From Candidatus Zhuqueibacterota bacterium (GTDB taxonomy: Bacteria > Zhuqueibacterota > Zhuqueibacteria > Thermofontimicrobiales > Thermofontimicrobiaceae), in contig JBMOPW010000020.1 of NCBI GenBank assembly GCA_049322915.1, positions 160,001 to 224,000 of the forward strand: DNA of 64,000 bases, given 5' to 3'. How positions within the stretch are numbered: position 1 is the stretch's first letter; every line of letters begins with the position of its first letter. A program made the translations under genes and the position numbers. The notes beneath the pieces are model-generated. The model was not told where the DNA came from, ran no database searches, and saw nothing but the letters and a program-made list of their open reading frames with translations. Positions 19,225 to 29,995 of the stretch are shown here, piece after piece.

Positions 19225-20721
19225 ATGATCCATTTCAAGGAACTGGAAGTCTGGTTTGTGACTGGCAGTCAGCACCTGTACGGCGAAGCCACCCTGGCGC
19301 GGGTGGCAGAAGATTCCACTGCCATTGCAAACGCATTGAACGACTCGTTGAAAATCCCTGTGCGCGTTGTGTTCAAACCGGTACTGAAAACGCCGGATGA
19401 AATTTACAATCTCTGCATCGAGGCCAATACCTCGCCGCGGTGCATCGGGCTCTTGACCTGGATGCACACGTTTTCCCCTGCGAAAATGTGGATTGATGGA
19501 TTGAAGGCGCTCCACAAGCCTTTTCTGCACCTGCATACCCAGTTCAATCAGCTCATTCCCTGGGCGGATATTGACATGGATTTTATGAACCTCAACCAGT
19601 CGGCGCACGGTGGACGCGAGTTCGGTTTTATCTGCACGCGAATGGGGCTGCATCGTAAAGTGGTGGTCGGACATTGGCAGGATGAAGCGGTGCAAGGCCA
19701 GGTCGCTGTGTGGATGCGCGCCGCGGCTGCCTGGGCCGATTGGCAGGGCGCAAAATTCGCTCGCTTCGGCGATAACATGCGGGAGGTGGCTGTCACTGAA
19801 GGGGATAAGGTGGAGGCGCAGATCAAATTGGGATATTCCGTCAATGGGTACGGTGTCGGCGAACTGGTCGATCGCGTTCAGGCTGTGGCGGATCCCGACG
19901 TCGGCCGGCTGGTGGCGGAGTACCTCGATTCATACCAGGTGGCAGCTTCCCTCCGCCAGTCCGGGGTGAAGAATCATTCGCTGCGAACCGCGGCGAAGAT
20001 CGAATTGGGTCTGCGCGCTTTTCTCACGGAAGGAAATTTTAAAGGCTTCACCACGACGTTCGAAGACCTGCATGGCCTCGATCAATTGCCCGGTCTGGCG
20101 GTGCAACGGCTCATGGCTGATGGCTACGGATTTGGCGCCGAGGGTGACTGGAAAACAGCGGCGCTGGTTCGCGCCATGAAAGTGATGAGCGTCGGATTAG
20201 AAGGCGGCACATCTTTCATGGAGGATTATACCTATCACCTGGATCCCGCCGGCATGAAAGTGCTTGGCGCGCACATGTTGGAAGTATGCGCTTCCATCGC
20301 GCCGGACAAACCCTCGCTGGAGGTGCATCCCCTTTCCATCGGCGGCAAGGCGGATCCGGCGCGACTCGTGTTCGATGTTCCTCCCGGGCCTGCGTTAAAC
20401 GCCACGTTGATCGATATGGGCAATCGGTTCCGGCTGATTGTCAATGCGGTGGAAGTTATTGCTCCGGCAGCGCCGCTGCCCAAACTCCCTGTGGCGCGAG
20501 CGCTTTGGGTTCCCCTGCCAAATCTCAACGTGGCGGCTGCAGCGTGGATACTGGCCGGGGGCGCGCATCACACCAGTTTCAGCCAGAGCCTTTCAATGGA
20601 ATATCTGGAAGACTTCGCAGGGATGGCCGGCATTGAGTGTCTGTTTATTGATGAATCAACCCGGCTTTCACAATTCAAAAAAGAGCTTCTGTGGAATGAC
20701 GCCGCTTATTCATTCCGATGA
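19225..20721 (+). CDS. araA: L-arabinose isomerase
   Basis: [63 protein letters not shown]. Confidence 0.97.
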   Translation: MIHFKELEVWFVTGSQHLYGEATLARVAEDSTAIANALNDSLKIPVRVVFKPVLKTPDEIYNLCIEANTSPRCIGLLTWMHTFSPAKMWIDGLKALHKPFLHLHTQFNQLIPWADIDMDFMNLNQSAHGGREFGFICTRMGLHRKVVVGHWQDEAVQGQVAVWMRAAAAWADWQGAKFARFGDNMREVAVTEGDKVEAQIKLGYSVNGYGVGELVDRVQAVADPDVGRLVAEYLDSYQVAASLRQSGVKNHSLRTAAKIELGLRAFLTEGNFKGFTTTFEDLHGLDQLPGLAVQRLMADGYGFGAEGDWKTAALVRAMKVMSVGLEGGTSFMEDYTYHLDPAGMKVLGAHMLEVCASIAPDKPSLEVHPLSIGGKADPARLVFDVPPGPALNATLIDMGNRFRLIVNAVEVIAPAAPLPKLPVARALWVPLPNLNVAAAAWILAGGAHHTSFSQSLSMEYLEDFAGMAGIECLFIDESTRLSQFKKELLWNDAAYSFR

Positions 20722-22106
20722 AGTTGCTGAGGCTGCGCCAAATTCATTCTTACAACCAAGACTTGAAGAGGTCCGCTTTGTTGACATCAAAATCAAAATT
20801 CATTAACAAGTACTTCTGGATTTTTGCCATCGCCCTGATTGCTGTTATGATCGGCATCTCCTCTATCGTGCCTGTCAGTTTTAACTTCAGCTCACCCGAC
20901 CGGGTCAGTCGGATCTACTATGCCGACAATCTCTCCATCGCGCACCAGCAGTTGATTGAAAAATTCAATCGCGAGTACCACGGGAAAATTGAAGTGATCC
21001 CTGTCGATTTGCCCTTCACCAAATTTAGCACCAACGAGCGAAAAGAACTCCTGGCGCGATCGTTGCGCAGCAAGAGCAATCGCATCGATGTCTTTTCCGT
21101 GGACGTCATCTGGGTGCCGCGATTCGCGCGATGGAGCGAGCCGCTCGACCGCTATTTCAGCAAGGCTGAGACAGACTGCATCATCCCTGATGTATTAAAA
21201 TCATGCTACACTGACACCATGTTGTACGCGCTCCCACATTACTCGGATATTGGCGTGTTGTATTATCGCAGCGATCTGCTGAGCCGCCTGCCTGATGCCG
21301 ATGCGCTCGATCAGAAATTACAGCAATCCATCACATGGGAGGAGTTCATCGAGTTGGGCTATCGGTTCCCGCAGTCAAAAGATGCATATTACCTGTTCGC
21401 CGCCGACAATTTTGAAGGCTTGATTTGCAGCTACATCGAAGGACTTGCCGGGCTAAACCAGCCGATGTTTCATAATGATTCCCTGCTGCTGGACACTCCC
21501 AACAGCCGAAAAGCGGTGCAGCTGCTCGTGGATCTGGTACACACGCATCATTTAACATCGCCAGCCGTCACCAAATACGATGAGTTTGAATGCTATCTCT
21601 ATGCTTTTAAAAACAACACTGTGTTTTTCAGGGGCTGGCCTGGTTTTCTGAGGCATTTCAAAAAAATCTTCGATGGCGTCGAAGCGACAAAGTACATCAA
21701 AACCGCGCCGCTGCCTCATTTCAAGGGGGGCGTTCCGGCGTTTGTGTTCGGCGGCTGGAATCTGATGGTCTCCAAATATTCAAACAATAAAGATGAGGCT
21801 GTCACGTTCATCAAATTTTTGCTCCGGGAAGAAAACCAGAAACTTTTCTATAGCACCGGCGGGTACCTGCCGATCATCCAGTCGGTCTACGAAGACACCG
21901 CGTATTGCGCGAAAGAACCGGACATTCAGTTTTATCGGGGACTCATGGAGTCCGGCGTGCACCGGCCGTACCTGGTCGAATATACAAAAATATCAGACAT
22001 CATTTCCTATTATGTCCATCAGGCCATTAAAAAAGAAATAACGGTTGCCGAATGTCTGCAGCGAGCCACTGCCCTCGTGAATGATAACTATGTCCTCATC
22101 AAATAA
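20718..22106 (+). CDS. Membrane-anchored extracellular sugar solute-binding protein (family 1)
   Basis: N-terminal [19 protein letters not shown] and [11 protein letters not shown] motifs; start uncertain. Confidence 0.82.
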   Translation: MKLLRLRQIHSYNQDLKRSALLTSKSKFINKYFWIFAIALIAVMIGISSIVPVSFNFSSPDRVSRIYYADNLSIAHQQLIEKFNREYHGKIEVIPVDLPFTKFSTNERKELLARSLRSKSNRIDVFSVDVIWVPRFARWSEPLDRYFSKAETDCIIPDVLKSCYTDTMLYALPHYSDIGVLYYRSDLLSRLPDADALDQKLQQSITWEEFIELGYRFPQSKDAYYLFAADNFEGLICSYIEGLAGLNQPMFHNDSLLLDTPNSRKAVQLLVDLVHTHHLTSPAVTKYDEFECYLYAFKNNTVFFRGWPGFLRHFKKIFDGVEATKYIKTAPLPHFKGGVPAFVFGGWNLMVSKYSNNKDEAVTFIKFLLREENQKLFYSTGGYLPIIQSVYEDTAYCAKEPDIQFYRGLMESGVHRPYLVEYTKISDIISYYVHQAIKKEITVAECLQRATALVNDNYVLIK

Positions 22107-22119
22107 AAGAGCGCTTACA

Positions 22120-23610
22120 ATGAGAAAATTAAAGAAGAAACGCATTGTCGATAAAGTAAAAAACTATCATTTTGAATTGCGGCATCTGTTGGTCTTGCTG
22201 ATAATCCTGTTTTCGTTTCAAATTTTCACCACGTTAATTCAAAAGGTATCCATGCGGAAGTTCCTGCTGGAAACGCAGGAATGGTATCAGCAAGACTTCG
22301 CCGAACGCATCGCCAATCTCACCGCTACATCGCTGGAGATGCTTTTGGAAACTTCAGCCCTGAACCAGAAACTCGGTCAGGTGGAGATCAAAAAAATCAT
22401 CCAGGCGTTCAACATCATCCTCAGCCAGCAACTCCTCCAGCATCACGTGGAGGATGTCTGCGTCATTTTATCCACCAAGGGCGAGCAGATCATTGCCACG
22501 GACAATGGCCAGGTGCTGTTCTCCTACTTTTTCGAGGAATCGCGGATGCCCATTTTTGCCGATACCACGCATTCGCACGTCATTGAAATGTATAAAAAAC
22601 TGTCCCGGCAGATTGAGGCGTCCGAGCAAATCTACAGTTATCTGGAGGGCAAACAGACCTTCCACGTATTTGTGCCGTTTGTACCCAAAGGCGAATATGC
22701 CGGGGCTGTGTACATGAAGAGCAATCCCGAATTCACATTGATCACCAGCGGCATCATTTCCGGCTACAATGAAATCAGTCTTCTCTCGACCGGTCTGATT
22801 CTGTTCGGGTTACTGGCTATGTTCTACATTTCAACGTACACACTTCAGGAAAGGAATGAGGCGCAGGAGTTGCTGTTTCAGGAGCGGGAACGGCAGATTA
22901 AAGAAAATATCCACCTGCAGAAGGAGTCCCTGTTCACGAAGCGGATTTATCACACGCATCACAAGGCGGAGAAGATCATGGGATTCATCAAGGAAGACCT
23001 GGCCGCGCTGGCCCAGGATAATATCGCCGTCATCAAATATCGGATGACAAAGTATGCCAATTTCATCTCGCGCGTCATCTACGACATGAAGTGGTTCGAG
23101 CCGCCGATTCATGCGATCCGAAATCCCATTTTTCAGACCGATTTAAATGAGTTGATTCGCTTTATAATTGACAATATCTTTTTGCGGATTTCCAAAAACC
23201 GGGATCAAAATGTTTTTCTGCTGGACCTTGATCCGACATTGCCGAAGCTGCAAGTGAATGAATTTGTCATTTGGGAAATTCTGGAGCCGTTGATTCAGAA
23301 CAGCATCGACCATTCGGACGATCAGAAAATTATCGTCAGTATCCGGACGAAATTCGATGCTGACCAGAAAATTTCCCGGGTGGTCGTTTCAGATGGTGGA
23401 AAAGGCATTAATCCGATACTGCTGCAGAAGAATGAAGTGGGAATAAAAAAAATCTTTTTAGAGAATGTGTCCACCAAACCGCAGAGCCGGAAGTCCGGGT
23501 ATGGCTGCTACATCGCCTACGAAATTGCTACCGAGCGATGCGGCTGGACGATCGACGCGGAGAATTTACCGGATCGGGGCTGCCAGTTTATATTGACGAT
23601 CCCGCATTAA
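22120..23610 (+). CDS. Membrane sensor histidine kinase-like protein with an atypical H-box
   Basis: Two TM segments; YHTHHKAEK; N box QNSIDH, G1 SDGGKGI, G2 GYGCYI. Confidence 0.8.
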   Translation: MRKLKKKRIVDKVKNYHFELRHLLVLLIILFSFQIFTTLIQKVSMRKFLLETQEWYQQDFAERIANLTATSLEMLLETSALNQKLGQVEIKKIIQAFNIILSQQLLQHHVEDVCVILSTKGEQIIATDNGQVLFSYFFEESRMPIFADTTHSHVIEMYKKLSRQIEASEQIYSYLEGKQTFHVFVPFVPKGEYAGAVYMKSNPEFTLITSGIISGYNEISLLSTGLILFGLLAMFYISTYTLQERNEAQELLFQERERQIKENIHLQKESLFTKRIYHTHHKAEKIMGFIKEDLAALAQDNIAVIKYRMTKYANFISRVIYDMKWFEPPIHAIRNPIFQTDLNELIRFIIDNIFLRISKNRDQNVFLLDLDPTLPKLQVNEFVIWEILEPLIQNSIDHSDDQKIIVSIRTKFDADQKISRVVVSDGGKGINPILLQKNEVGIKKIFLENVSTKPQSRKSGYGCYIAYEIATERCGWTIDAENLPDRGCQFILTIPH

Positions 23611-23721
23611 AAGATGCGGCTGTCTCCTGCATGCACTGCGGCTGACGGATAGCCGCGCTGCAAACGGACATCGTTCCCGCCCCCTGCTTTTTCATCGTGG
23701 AGGCGCTGCTTTTATTTTAAA

Positions 23722-24180
23722 TAGTATCTGTCCGAAAAAACCTCAATTAGCTATGGGGTTGATATTTTCAAACTTCATTACATCAGACCTCATCCACTAA
23801 ACCCTTTCATACCCTGCGGGCAAGAAGGGGAATATCTGTTTTCCCTCGCCTTTTAGGCTTACCCTTACCCATATCTTTTCTAAGGCAGAGGTCGCAGAGA
23901 CCGCAGAGTTTTGTTATTGAAAAAAGATGTTTGCAAACTCATGAAACAAGGTATTTTCCCGGTTATTTTGGTCTTCTGTTACTATGGGTGAACATGATTT
24001 TCATTGGTTGATTGAAAATTTTACAATCACCCAGGCCAATTTAAAGCGGGTCATTTCTCTGCGCCCTTCGCGACCTCTGCGTTTCTATTGATTTGTTAAT
24101 ATCCTCCAACATATGTAAGGATTAGCCATTTAGGAGAGGGTTAAGGTGGGGTCAATATAAGAAGTTTCCGGACGACACTA
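23722..24180. mobile_element. Four nested inverted-repeat mini-elements
   Basis: Concentric IR pairs at 23722/24180, 23786/24153, 23856/24127 and 23885/24080 (see findings). Confidence 0.7.
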
Positions 24181-24269
24181 AAACTAACTCTCGAATTCAA
24201 GGATAAAAAAAACACATGGTCGAAAAGTCAGCGACCATGTGTTTTTTGTTTCGATCAAATTCAACACTA

Positions 24270-26354
24270 TCAGCGGGCAGATTCAATCTCATCGACGAGA
24301 TTTTTCGCATCGTACAGGGAGCGCAGCGCTTTCAAAATATAGCCGCTGTGCACCGAGACGGCCCGGTTTTTCGTCCCATCGTAGACAAATCGTCCCGGCA
24401 AACTTTCAATATTCCCATCAAAAATTAGCCCAACCAGTTCAGCATTTTTATTGATAACCGGGGAACCGGAATTGCCGCCAATGATATCGCACGTGCTGAC
24501 AAAATTGACTGGGGTTGCCAGATCCAGTTGATCTTTTCTGTCCCAGAAACGCTTCGGCAGTTCAAAGTCGCCTTTATTTCCGAAGCTCGCTGCGCGGTCG
24601 TAAGCGCCATACAGCGTTGTTTGATATGGAGCAATCGTCCCATTGTAGGGATATCCCTGAACAGTGCCATAGGAAAGTCGCAGCGTGAACGTTGCGTCCG
24701 GATAGGTCGTTTTGCCGTACACTGCGAAGCGGGCTTTGGCGACTTTTTCCGAAGCCGGCGTCAGTTTGCTCTCGACATTTTCGCGGAACCATGTATCGCT
24801 TTCGCGCAACATGGGATCGATTTTCAGCGCCAATTTGATCAGCGGGTCCTGGCAATTTTTCACCGCATCGGCTCCGCCTTCGATCAGTTTCGTGCGGAAC
24901 TCGGCTTTATCCATCTGGGAATTCTCGATGAGGTTTTTGACCACGTCGGCAGGATTCTTGCCATCCAGAACCAGTGTCAGAAACTGGTCATTCGCGCCCA
25001 GAGCCGCGACGGCGCTTTCCAGCATTTTTGTGAAGATGGTAATCTCCATATCTTTGTAAATCGGCGCCGGAGAGAGTAATCGAAATTTCAGCTCATCGGT
25101 TTGAGAATCGTGATAGCCAGGCAGCCGGTCGGCATCGTTCTTTTTAATTTCTTCCACGAAGCGAACAATCGTCAGCGCATTGCCAGCCATGGTTGAGCCG
25201 CGGAGGCTGCGGTAAAAGCGTTTTTCGGCGAGGTTGAAATTTTCCTTCATGATTTTTTCGATAGTGTCCCACGCGTCGCCGAATTGTTGCTGCAGTTCAG
25301 GATTGTCAGCGACAAGCTTGCGAAACTCCTGCTCGTCTTTGAGGCGTTTCGCCATGAGCTCTTCGTCCAGCAGCCCCTGGTACTCGCCGGTCATGGCTTT
25401 CTTTCCGTTCTCAAGTCCAAAAATACGGCCAAGCGCCCGTCGCGATTGCTCTTCGCCCTGGCTGGCGTATTCGCGCAAAGCTTCCAGGTATTTATCGATG
25501 TATTTCAGGATAAACGCATATTGAAAATCACGTTGGTCCACAAGCTGCGCGTAGGTGTACAGGCGGTCCGTTGAACCGGGATGACCCGAAACAAAGACCA
25601 ATTCATTTTCGGCAGCGCCGTTTTCATTCCATTTGAAGTAATGTTTGGACTGAATGGGTTTGTCATTTTCATAAACTCGGAAAAATGCCATATCCAGATC
25701 GTAGCGGGGATAGGTGAAGTTATCATAATCGCCGCCAAAGTAGGCAGCTTGACGCTCCGGCGCCATGACGAGCCGGACATCGGTATATTTTTTATACTGG
25801 TACAGCCAGTATTCGCCGCCATGGTACAGGCTGACGACGTCGGAGCGCAGACCGGTCTTTTTAAGGCTCTTCTTCTCGATCTCAGCGATGACCGCGCGTC
25901 GCGCTTTGAGCGCTTCGGCTTCATTCATATCTTTTTTGATCGCTTTACGAACCTGGTCGGTGACATTTTCCACTGCGACCAGTATATTTACTTCCAGATC
26001 CGGGCATTTAATTTCCTCAGCCAGCGAATTGGCTAAAAATCCTGTAGCCACATAATTGTGCTCGGCCGTGGATAATTTCTGGAGCTGACCCATAGCGACG
26101 TGGTGATTGGTGAGTACAAGTCCATTGGGGCTGATGAAAGAGCCTGAGCCGCCATCCATGAAACGAACACTGGCTAACCGAACCAGGTCGAGCCATTCCT
26201 GAGTCGGAGTGAAACCATATTGTTCCTGAAGTTGTTTGATCGGCGGATTATCGAACGTCCACATGCCTTCATCCGGGAAAGCATGAACGCCCGCCGTCAT
26301 TGCCAGGAAAATGAAAACTCCAACAACCATAATTACCATCTGTTTTTTAAGCAT
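24270..26354 (-). CDS. S46 family dipeptidyl peptidase (DPP7/DPP11-like)
   Basis: Signal peptide; DEGMW, LTNHH, PDATFTLRLSYG, DIIGGNSGSP and GLIFDGN. Confidence 0.95.
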   Translation of the reverse strand: MLKKQMVIMVVGVFIFLAMTAGVHAFPDEGMWTFDNPPIKQLQEQYGFTPTQEWLDLVRLASVRFMDGGSGSFISPNGLVLTNHHVAMGQLQKLSTAEHNYVATGFLANSLAEEIKCPDLEVNILVAVENVTDQVRKAIKKDMNEAEALKARRAVIAEIEKKSLKKTGLRSDVVSLYHGGEYWLYQYKKYTDVRLVMAPERQAAYFGGDYDNFTYPRYDLDMAFFRVYENDKPIQSKHYFKWNENGAAENELVFVSGHPGSTDRLYTYAQLVDQRDFQYAFILKYIDKYLEALREYASQGEEQSRRALGRIFGLENGKKAMTGEYQGLLDEELMAKRLKDEQEFRKLVADNPELQQQFGDAWDTIEKIMKENFNLAEKRFYRSLRGSTMAGNALTIVRFVEEIKKNDADRLPGYHDSQTDELKFRLLSPAPIYKDMEITIFTKMLESAVAALGANDQFLTLVLDGKNPADVVKNLIENSQMDKAEFRTKLIEGGADAVKNCQDPLIKLALKIDPMLRESDTWFRENVESKLTPASEKVAKARFAVYGKTTYPDATFTLRLSYGTVQGYPYNGTIAPYQTTLYGAYDRAASFGNKGDFELPKRFWDRKDQLDLATPVNFVSTCDIIGGNSGSPVINKNAELVGLIFDGNIESLPGRFVYDGTKNRAVSVHSGYILKALRSLYDAKNLVDEIESAR

Positions 26355-26424
26355 ACATCACCTCTTTGTTATTAGATTAAGAAAATTAGTTATCAATTTA
26401 CGGGATAAACATAAAAAGTTTCAA

Positions 26425-26453
26425 AAGATATGAAATCCCCCGGGAAAAGTCAA
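26425..26453 (-). promoter_or_regulatory. Putative sigma-70 promoter for the S46 peptidase
   Basis: Minus strand TTGACT-N17-TATCTT. Confidence 0.5.
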
Positions 26454-26555
26454 GTGAATTTATGGAGGAGAGCAATGCCGGAAGTTGCCCGATCGTTAAC
26501 GCCGCAACCGGAATGAGCGACGTTTATTTCTGTATCGTGTTGGGAATTGAATCTG

Positions 26556-27227
26556 CTACTTTGATTTTTTATGAATCATACCATCGACCAGGTGAATGGT
26601 GCGGTGGCCGTATGCTGCCCACTTTTCGTTATGCGTCACCTGAACGATCGTGGCGCCCTGTTCGTTCAGCTTTTTCAACATGTCCATTATCTCTTTGCCC
26701 TGGGCTGAATTCAAATTGCCGGTTGGCTCGTCCGCCAGTATCACTTTCGGATCTGTGATGATGGCGCGGGCGATACCGACAATCTGTTGCTGCCCGCCGG
26801 AGAGTTGATTGGGGAATAAATCCTTTTTGGCGACAATCTGAAATCGGTCGAGCGCGTCTGCCACCAGTGCTTTTCGTTCTGAAGCCGGCACCTTTTTATA
26901 GAGCAAGGGCGTTTCCAGATTTTCGTACACAGTCAAATCATCGATCAAATGGTATGCCTGAAAAATGAAACCGATGTTCTGCTGGAACAGTTGTGTCCGT
27001 TCACGTTCCTTGAGTTGAAAAACAGATTGATCCCCGAAAAAATATTCGCCGTCCGATGGTTCGTCCAGCATGCCGATGATATGCATCAGAGTGGATTTAC
27101 CGGCGCCCGATGGGCCCATGATGGTGATGAATTCGCCAGGATTAATTTCCATCGAGATATCCTGAAGCACATACGTTTTCACAAATCGGTTGGAGTAGTA
27201 TTTGAAAATATCATGCAGTCTAATCAT
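26556..27227 (-). CDS. ABC transporter ATP-binding protein (LolD/MacB-type)
   Basis: [26 protein letters not shown] and VTH; GAAAGGA RBS before ATG 27227. Confidence 0.95.
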   Translation of the reverse strand: MIRLHDIFKYYSNRFVKTYVLQDISMEINPGEFITIMGPSGAGKSTLMHIIGMLDEPSDGEYFFGDQSVFQLKERERTQLFQQNIGFIFQAYHLIDDLTVYENLETPLLYKKVPASERKALVADALDRFQIVAKKDLFPNQLSGGQQQIVGIARAIITDPKVILADEPTGNLNSAQGKEIMDMLKKLNEQGATIVQVTHNEKWAAYGHRTIHLVDGMIHKKSK

Positions 27228-27573
27228 GGACATTCCTTTCAATGGTAATGTAAGCATTATTTTTAGTTGAAATGGATTCGGATCGCAACGGCAGTTGACG
27301 GAATGGTCGAAGTACCGAAAGCAACGGCAACGAAATCCGGCTTTTCAATGATGAGATTTCTCTCTGCTGAATTCCGTTGGGCAGTAAGTCCCCGTTCGGA
27401 GTCGGATGCCGTAAAGCTTGTTTCTTTCCCAGTGATGCAGCTTGTCTATTTTTACATGCGCAGCGACCTTCTGCTCTGGAGCAACGATTCAATCGGATAA
27501 AAGGTCTTGGAATTTCCAAACTGCAATAATTCATATCTCAAACTCTTCATCCGCCAAAGGACAGATTTCATCA

Positions 27574-29919
27574 CTACTCACAACGCAGTGATTCCACTGG
27601 ATTCGCCAGCGCCGCTTTAATCGACTGATAGCTCACTGTTAAAAATGCGATCATTAATGCCAGCAATGCTGCTAAAACAAACATCCACCAATTGATTGCA
27701 ATTCGATACGCAAAATCATGGAGCCATTGATTCATAAAATAATAAGCCACTGGCCAGGCGATGAGATTGGCGATCAACACCCATTTGGCGAATTCTCTGG
27801 ACAGCAAAACCACAATTCCTGCGATGGATGCGCCCAGCACCTTCCTTACTCCAATCTCTTTGGTGCGTTGTTCCGCCATGAATGACGCCAGACCGAATAG
27901 TCCAAGACATGAGAGAAAGATCGCCAGCAGGGCAAAGGTACGGACGATGTTGGTGGTTCGGTCGATCCAATGGTACATTTGATCGTACGCCTCGTCCAGA
28001 AAATGGTATTCAAACGGATAATTCGGATTAAATTTAGTGACCACGTCTTTGATAAAAGTAATCGTCTGCGGAACGTCTGGCGCATTAATTTTCAGGTACA
28101 CGTAGCGATAAGGGCGAATGTCTGGATTATTGAAAATCATGATCGGCCCGATCTCTCCCTCGTGAACAGGCTTGAAATGAAAATCTTTGACGATCCCGAT
28201 AATTTCAAGCGAAATATCACCACGATAGATTCGATTGCCCGCTGCGGTTTCCACATTCATCATCTGAGCCAAACGCTCGTTAATGACGACGACCGCCTGA
28301 TTTTTTGATTCCTCAGTAAAAAAGCGACCGTTTGCCATGTCGATCTGGAAGGTCTTCAGAAAATCGGCATCGACCTGAAAATAGGTGATCAGTGGATTTA
28401 CGTTGGGATCTTTTTCCTGCCATTGCCAGTCCTGACCGTTCCAATAAATTCCTGTAATCGCATCCGAAGCAAGCGAAATACTCTGGATCGCTGGATTTTT
28501 TAATAATTCATTTTTCACCGTTTCATTATTTTCTCCCAGATTTCCTTCGACAGGGAGGGACAGGATTTGTTCTTTGTTCAATCCCAGGTTTTTATTGCGC
28601 ATAAAATGGACTTGATTGTAAACCACCGTCGTGGCTATGATGAGGATGATCGACAGCGTAAACTGCGTGACGACCAGTATCTTTCTGAATGAACTACCTT
28701 TCGAACTCGAAAATCGTAAACCTGTGAAAATCTGGACAGGTTGAAACGATGAAAGGAACAGCGCTGGATAGCTTCCTGATATGATTCCTGTGACAATGGC
28801 AATCCCCATGATTCCCATTAAAGCGGAGAGATTTTTCAAATAATGCAGCTCTAATGGTCGTTGCGTCATTTGTCGAAAAACAGGCAAGAAAAGCTCAACC
28901 AAAAAGATGGCAAGCGCCAGTGAAATAATAGTCAGCAAAATCGATTCGCCAAAGAATTGCCGCACCAGATGTTTTCGCTGGGCGCCGACGACCTTGCGCA
29001 AGCCCACTTCCTTTATTCGTCTGGCTGAGCGTGCCGTGGTGAGATTCATGAAATTGATGCAGGCGATAACCAGAACAAACAGGGCAATCACCCCGAAAAT
29101 TTTGACCTGATCCAGCCGTCCCCATAGCTTCAAATAAATATCTTTGAACGGGTAGAGGAACGGTTCCAATATGGTATTGGGATCGGATTGACGAATGCGA
29201 TTGGCGATTTTTTGGTTGAATTCCTGGTATGAGACATTTTCCGCCAGTTGAACGTACGTGCGAAACGCCAGGTTGTACCAGGTATCGAGATAATTGGGTC
29301 GATATATTTCCCTGGTAAAATCAATTGGTATCCAGATCGCAAAATCTATGGTTGAATTATACGGAATATCTTCAATCACACCAACCACCTTAAACTCATA
29401 CCGATTCTCCAATGTAACGATCTTGCCGATGGGATTCTCATTGCCAAAATATTTCTGCGCCGTCTTTTCGGCCATGACCAAAACATGCGGATCTGAGAAG
29501 GCGTCCTTTGAATTTCCTTTCACAAAAGGAATAGTAAAAATCTCAAAAACCGTCGGCTCAGCCAATTGGACTTCATCCTTGAATTTTTTATTTTCGTATT
29601 GAATGAGAAATTCATGCAGTCCATTATTGATTAACGCTGAATTGACTACTTCGGGGAATTCGGTTTTCAGTGTTCGTCCCAGAATGGGCGGTGTGCCCTG
29701 GCCTGGCATCCTTTCAGCTCCATATTGCTCCCAGCAGCGCATCAGGTAAATCGAATCGAGGTTTTTGTGCATCGAATTGAAGCTCAATTCATATTGAATC
29801 CATAGCATGATCAGAATGCAGCACGCCATGCCGATTGCAAGACCCAGAATGTTGATGAAAGAATAAGCTTTGTGGCGTCGGATGTTTCGCAAAGCGATTT
29901 TTAAGTAGTTTTTAAACAT
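27574..29919 (-). CDS. MacB/FtsX-type ABC permease, array member A
   Basis: MFKNYLKIALRN...INFMNL..AR...EVGLRKVVGA...EIGVRKVLGAS...ANPVESLRCE. Confidence 0.95.
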   Translation of the reverse strand: MFKNYLKIALRNIRRHKAYSFINILGLAIGMACCILIMLWIQYELSFNSMHKNLDSIYLMRCWEQYGAERMPGQGTPPILGRTLKTEFPEVVNSALINNGLHEFLIQYENKKFKDEVQLAEPTVFEIFTIPFVKGNSKDAFSDPHVLVMAEKTAQKYFGNENPIGKIVTLENRYEFKVVGVIEDIPYNSTIDFAIWIPIDFTREIYRPNYLDTWYNLAFRTYVQLAENVSYQEFNQKIANRIRQSDPNTILEPFLYPFKDIYLKLWGRLDQVKIFGVIALFVLVIACINFMNLTTARSARRIKEVGLRKVVGAQRKHLVRQFFGESILLTIISLALAIFLVELFLPVFRQMTQRPLELHYLKNLSALMGIMGIAIVTGIISGSYPALFLSSFQPVQIFTGLRFSSSKGSSFRKILVVTQFTLSIILIIATTVVYNQVHFMRNKNLGLNKEQILSLPVEGNLGENNETVKNELLKNPAIQSISLASDAITGIYWNGQDWQWQEKDPNVNPLITYFQVDADFLKTFQIDMANGRFFTEESKNQAVVVINERLAQMMNVETAAGNRIYRGDISLEIIGIVKDFHFKPVHEGEIGPIMIFNNPDIRPYRYVYLKINAPDVPQTITFIKDVVTKFNPNYPFEYHFLDEAYDQMYHWIDRTTNIVRTFALLAIFLSCLGLFGLASFMAEQRTKEIGVRKVLGASIAGIVVLLSREFAKWVLIANLIAWPVAYYFMNQWLHDFAYRIAINWWMFVLAALLALMIAFLTVSYQSIKAALANPVESLRCE

Positions 29920-29939
29920 TTCATTTTCTCCATTTTCCT

Positions 29940-29991
29940 GCAGAGCGCATAGCCTAAATTTACGCTATGCGCTCTGCGCCATGCTCTATGC
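29940..29991. repeat. Junction heptamer hairpin between permeases B and A
   Basis: gcagagc-gcatagc / gctatgc-gctctgc-gccatgc-tctatgc; perfect 14-bp stem. Confidence 0.85.
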
Positions 29992-29995
29992 ATTT

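Noticed and set aside
27270..27415. Possible degenerate repeat arms between permease A and the ATPase
   Set aside because: Periodicity and complementarity are too weak to support by eye.
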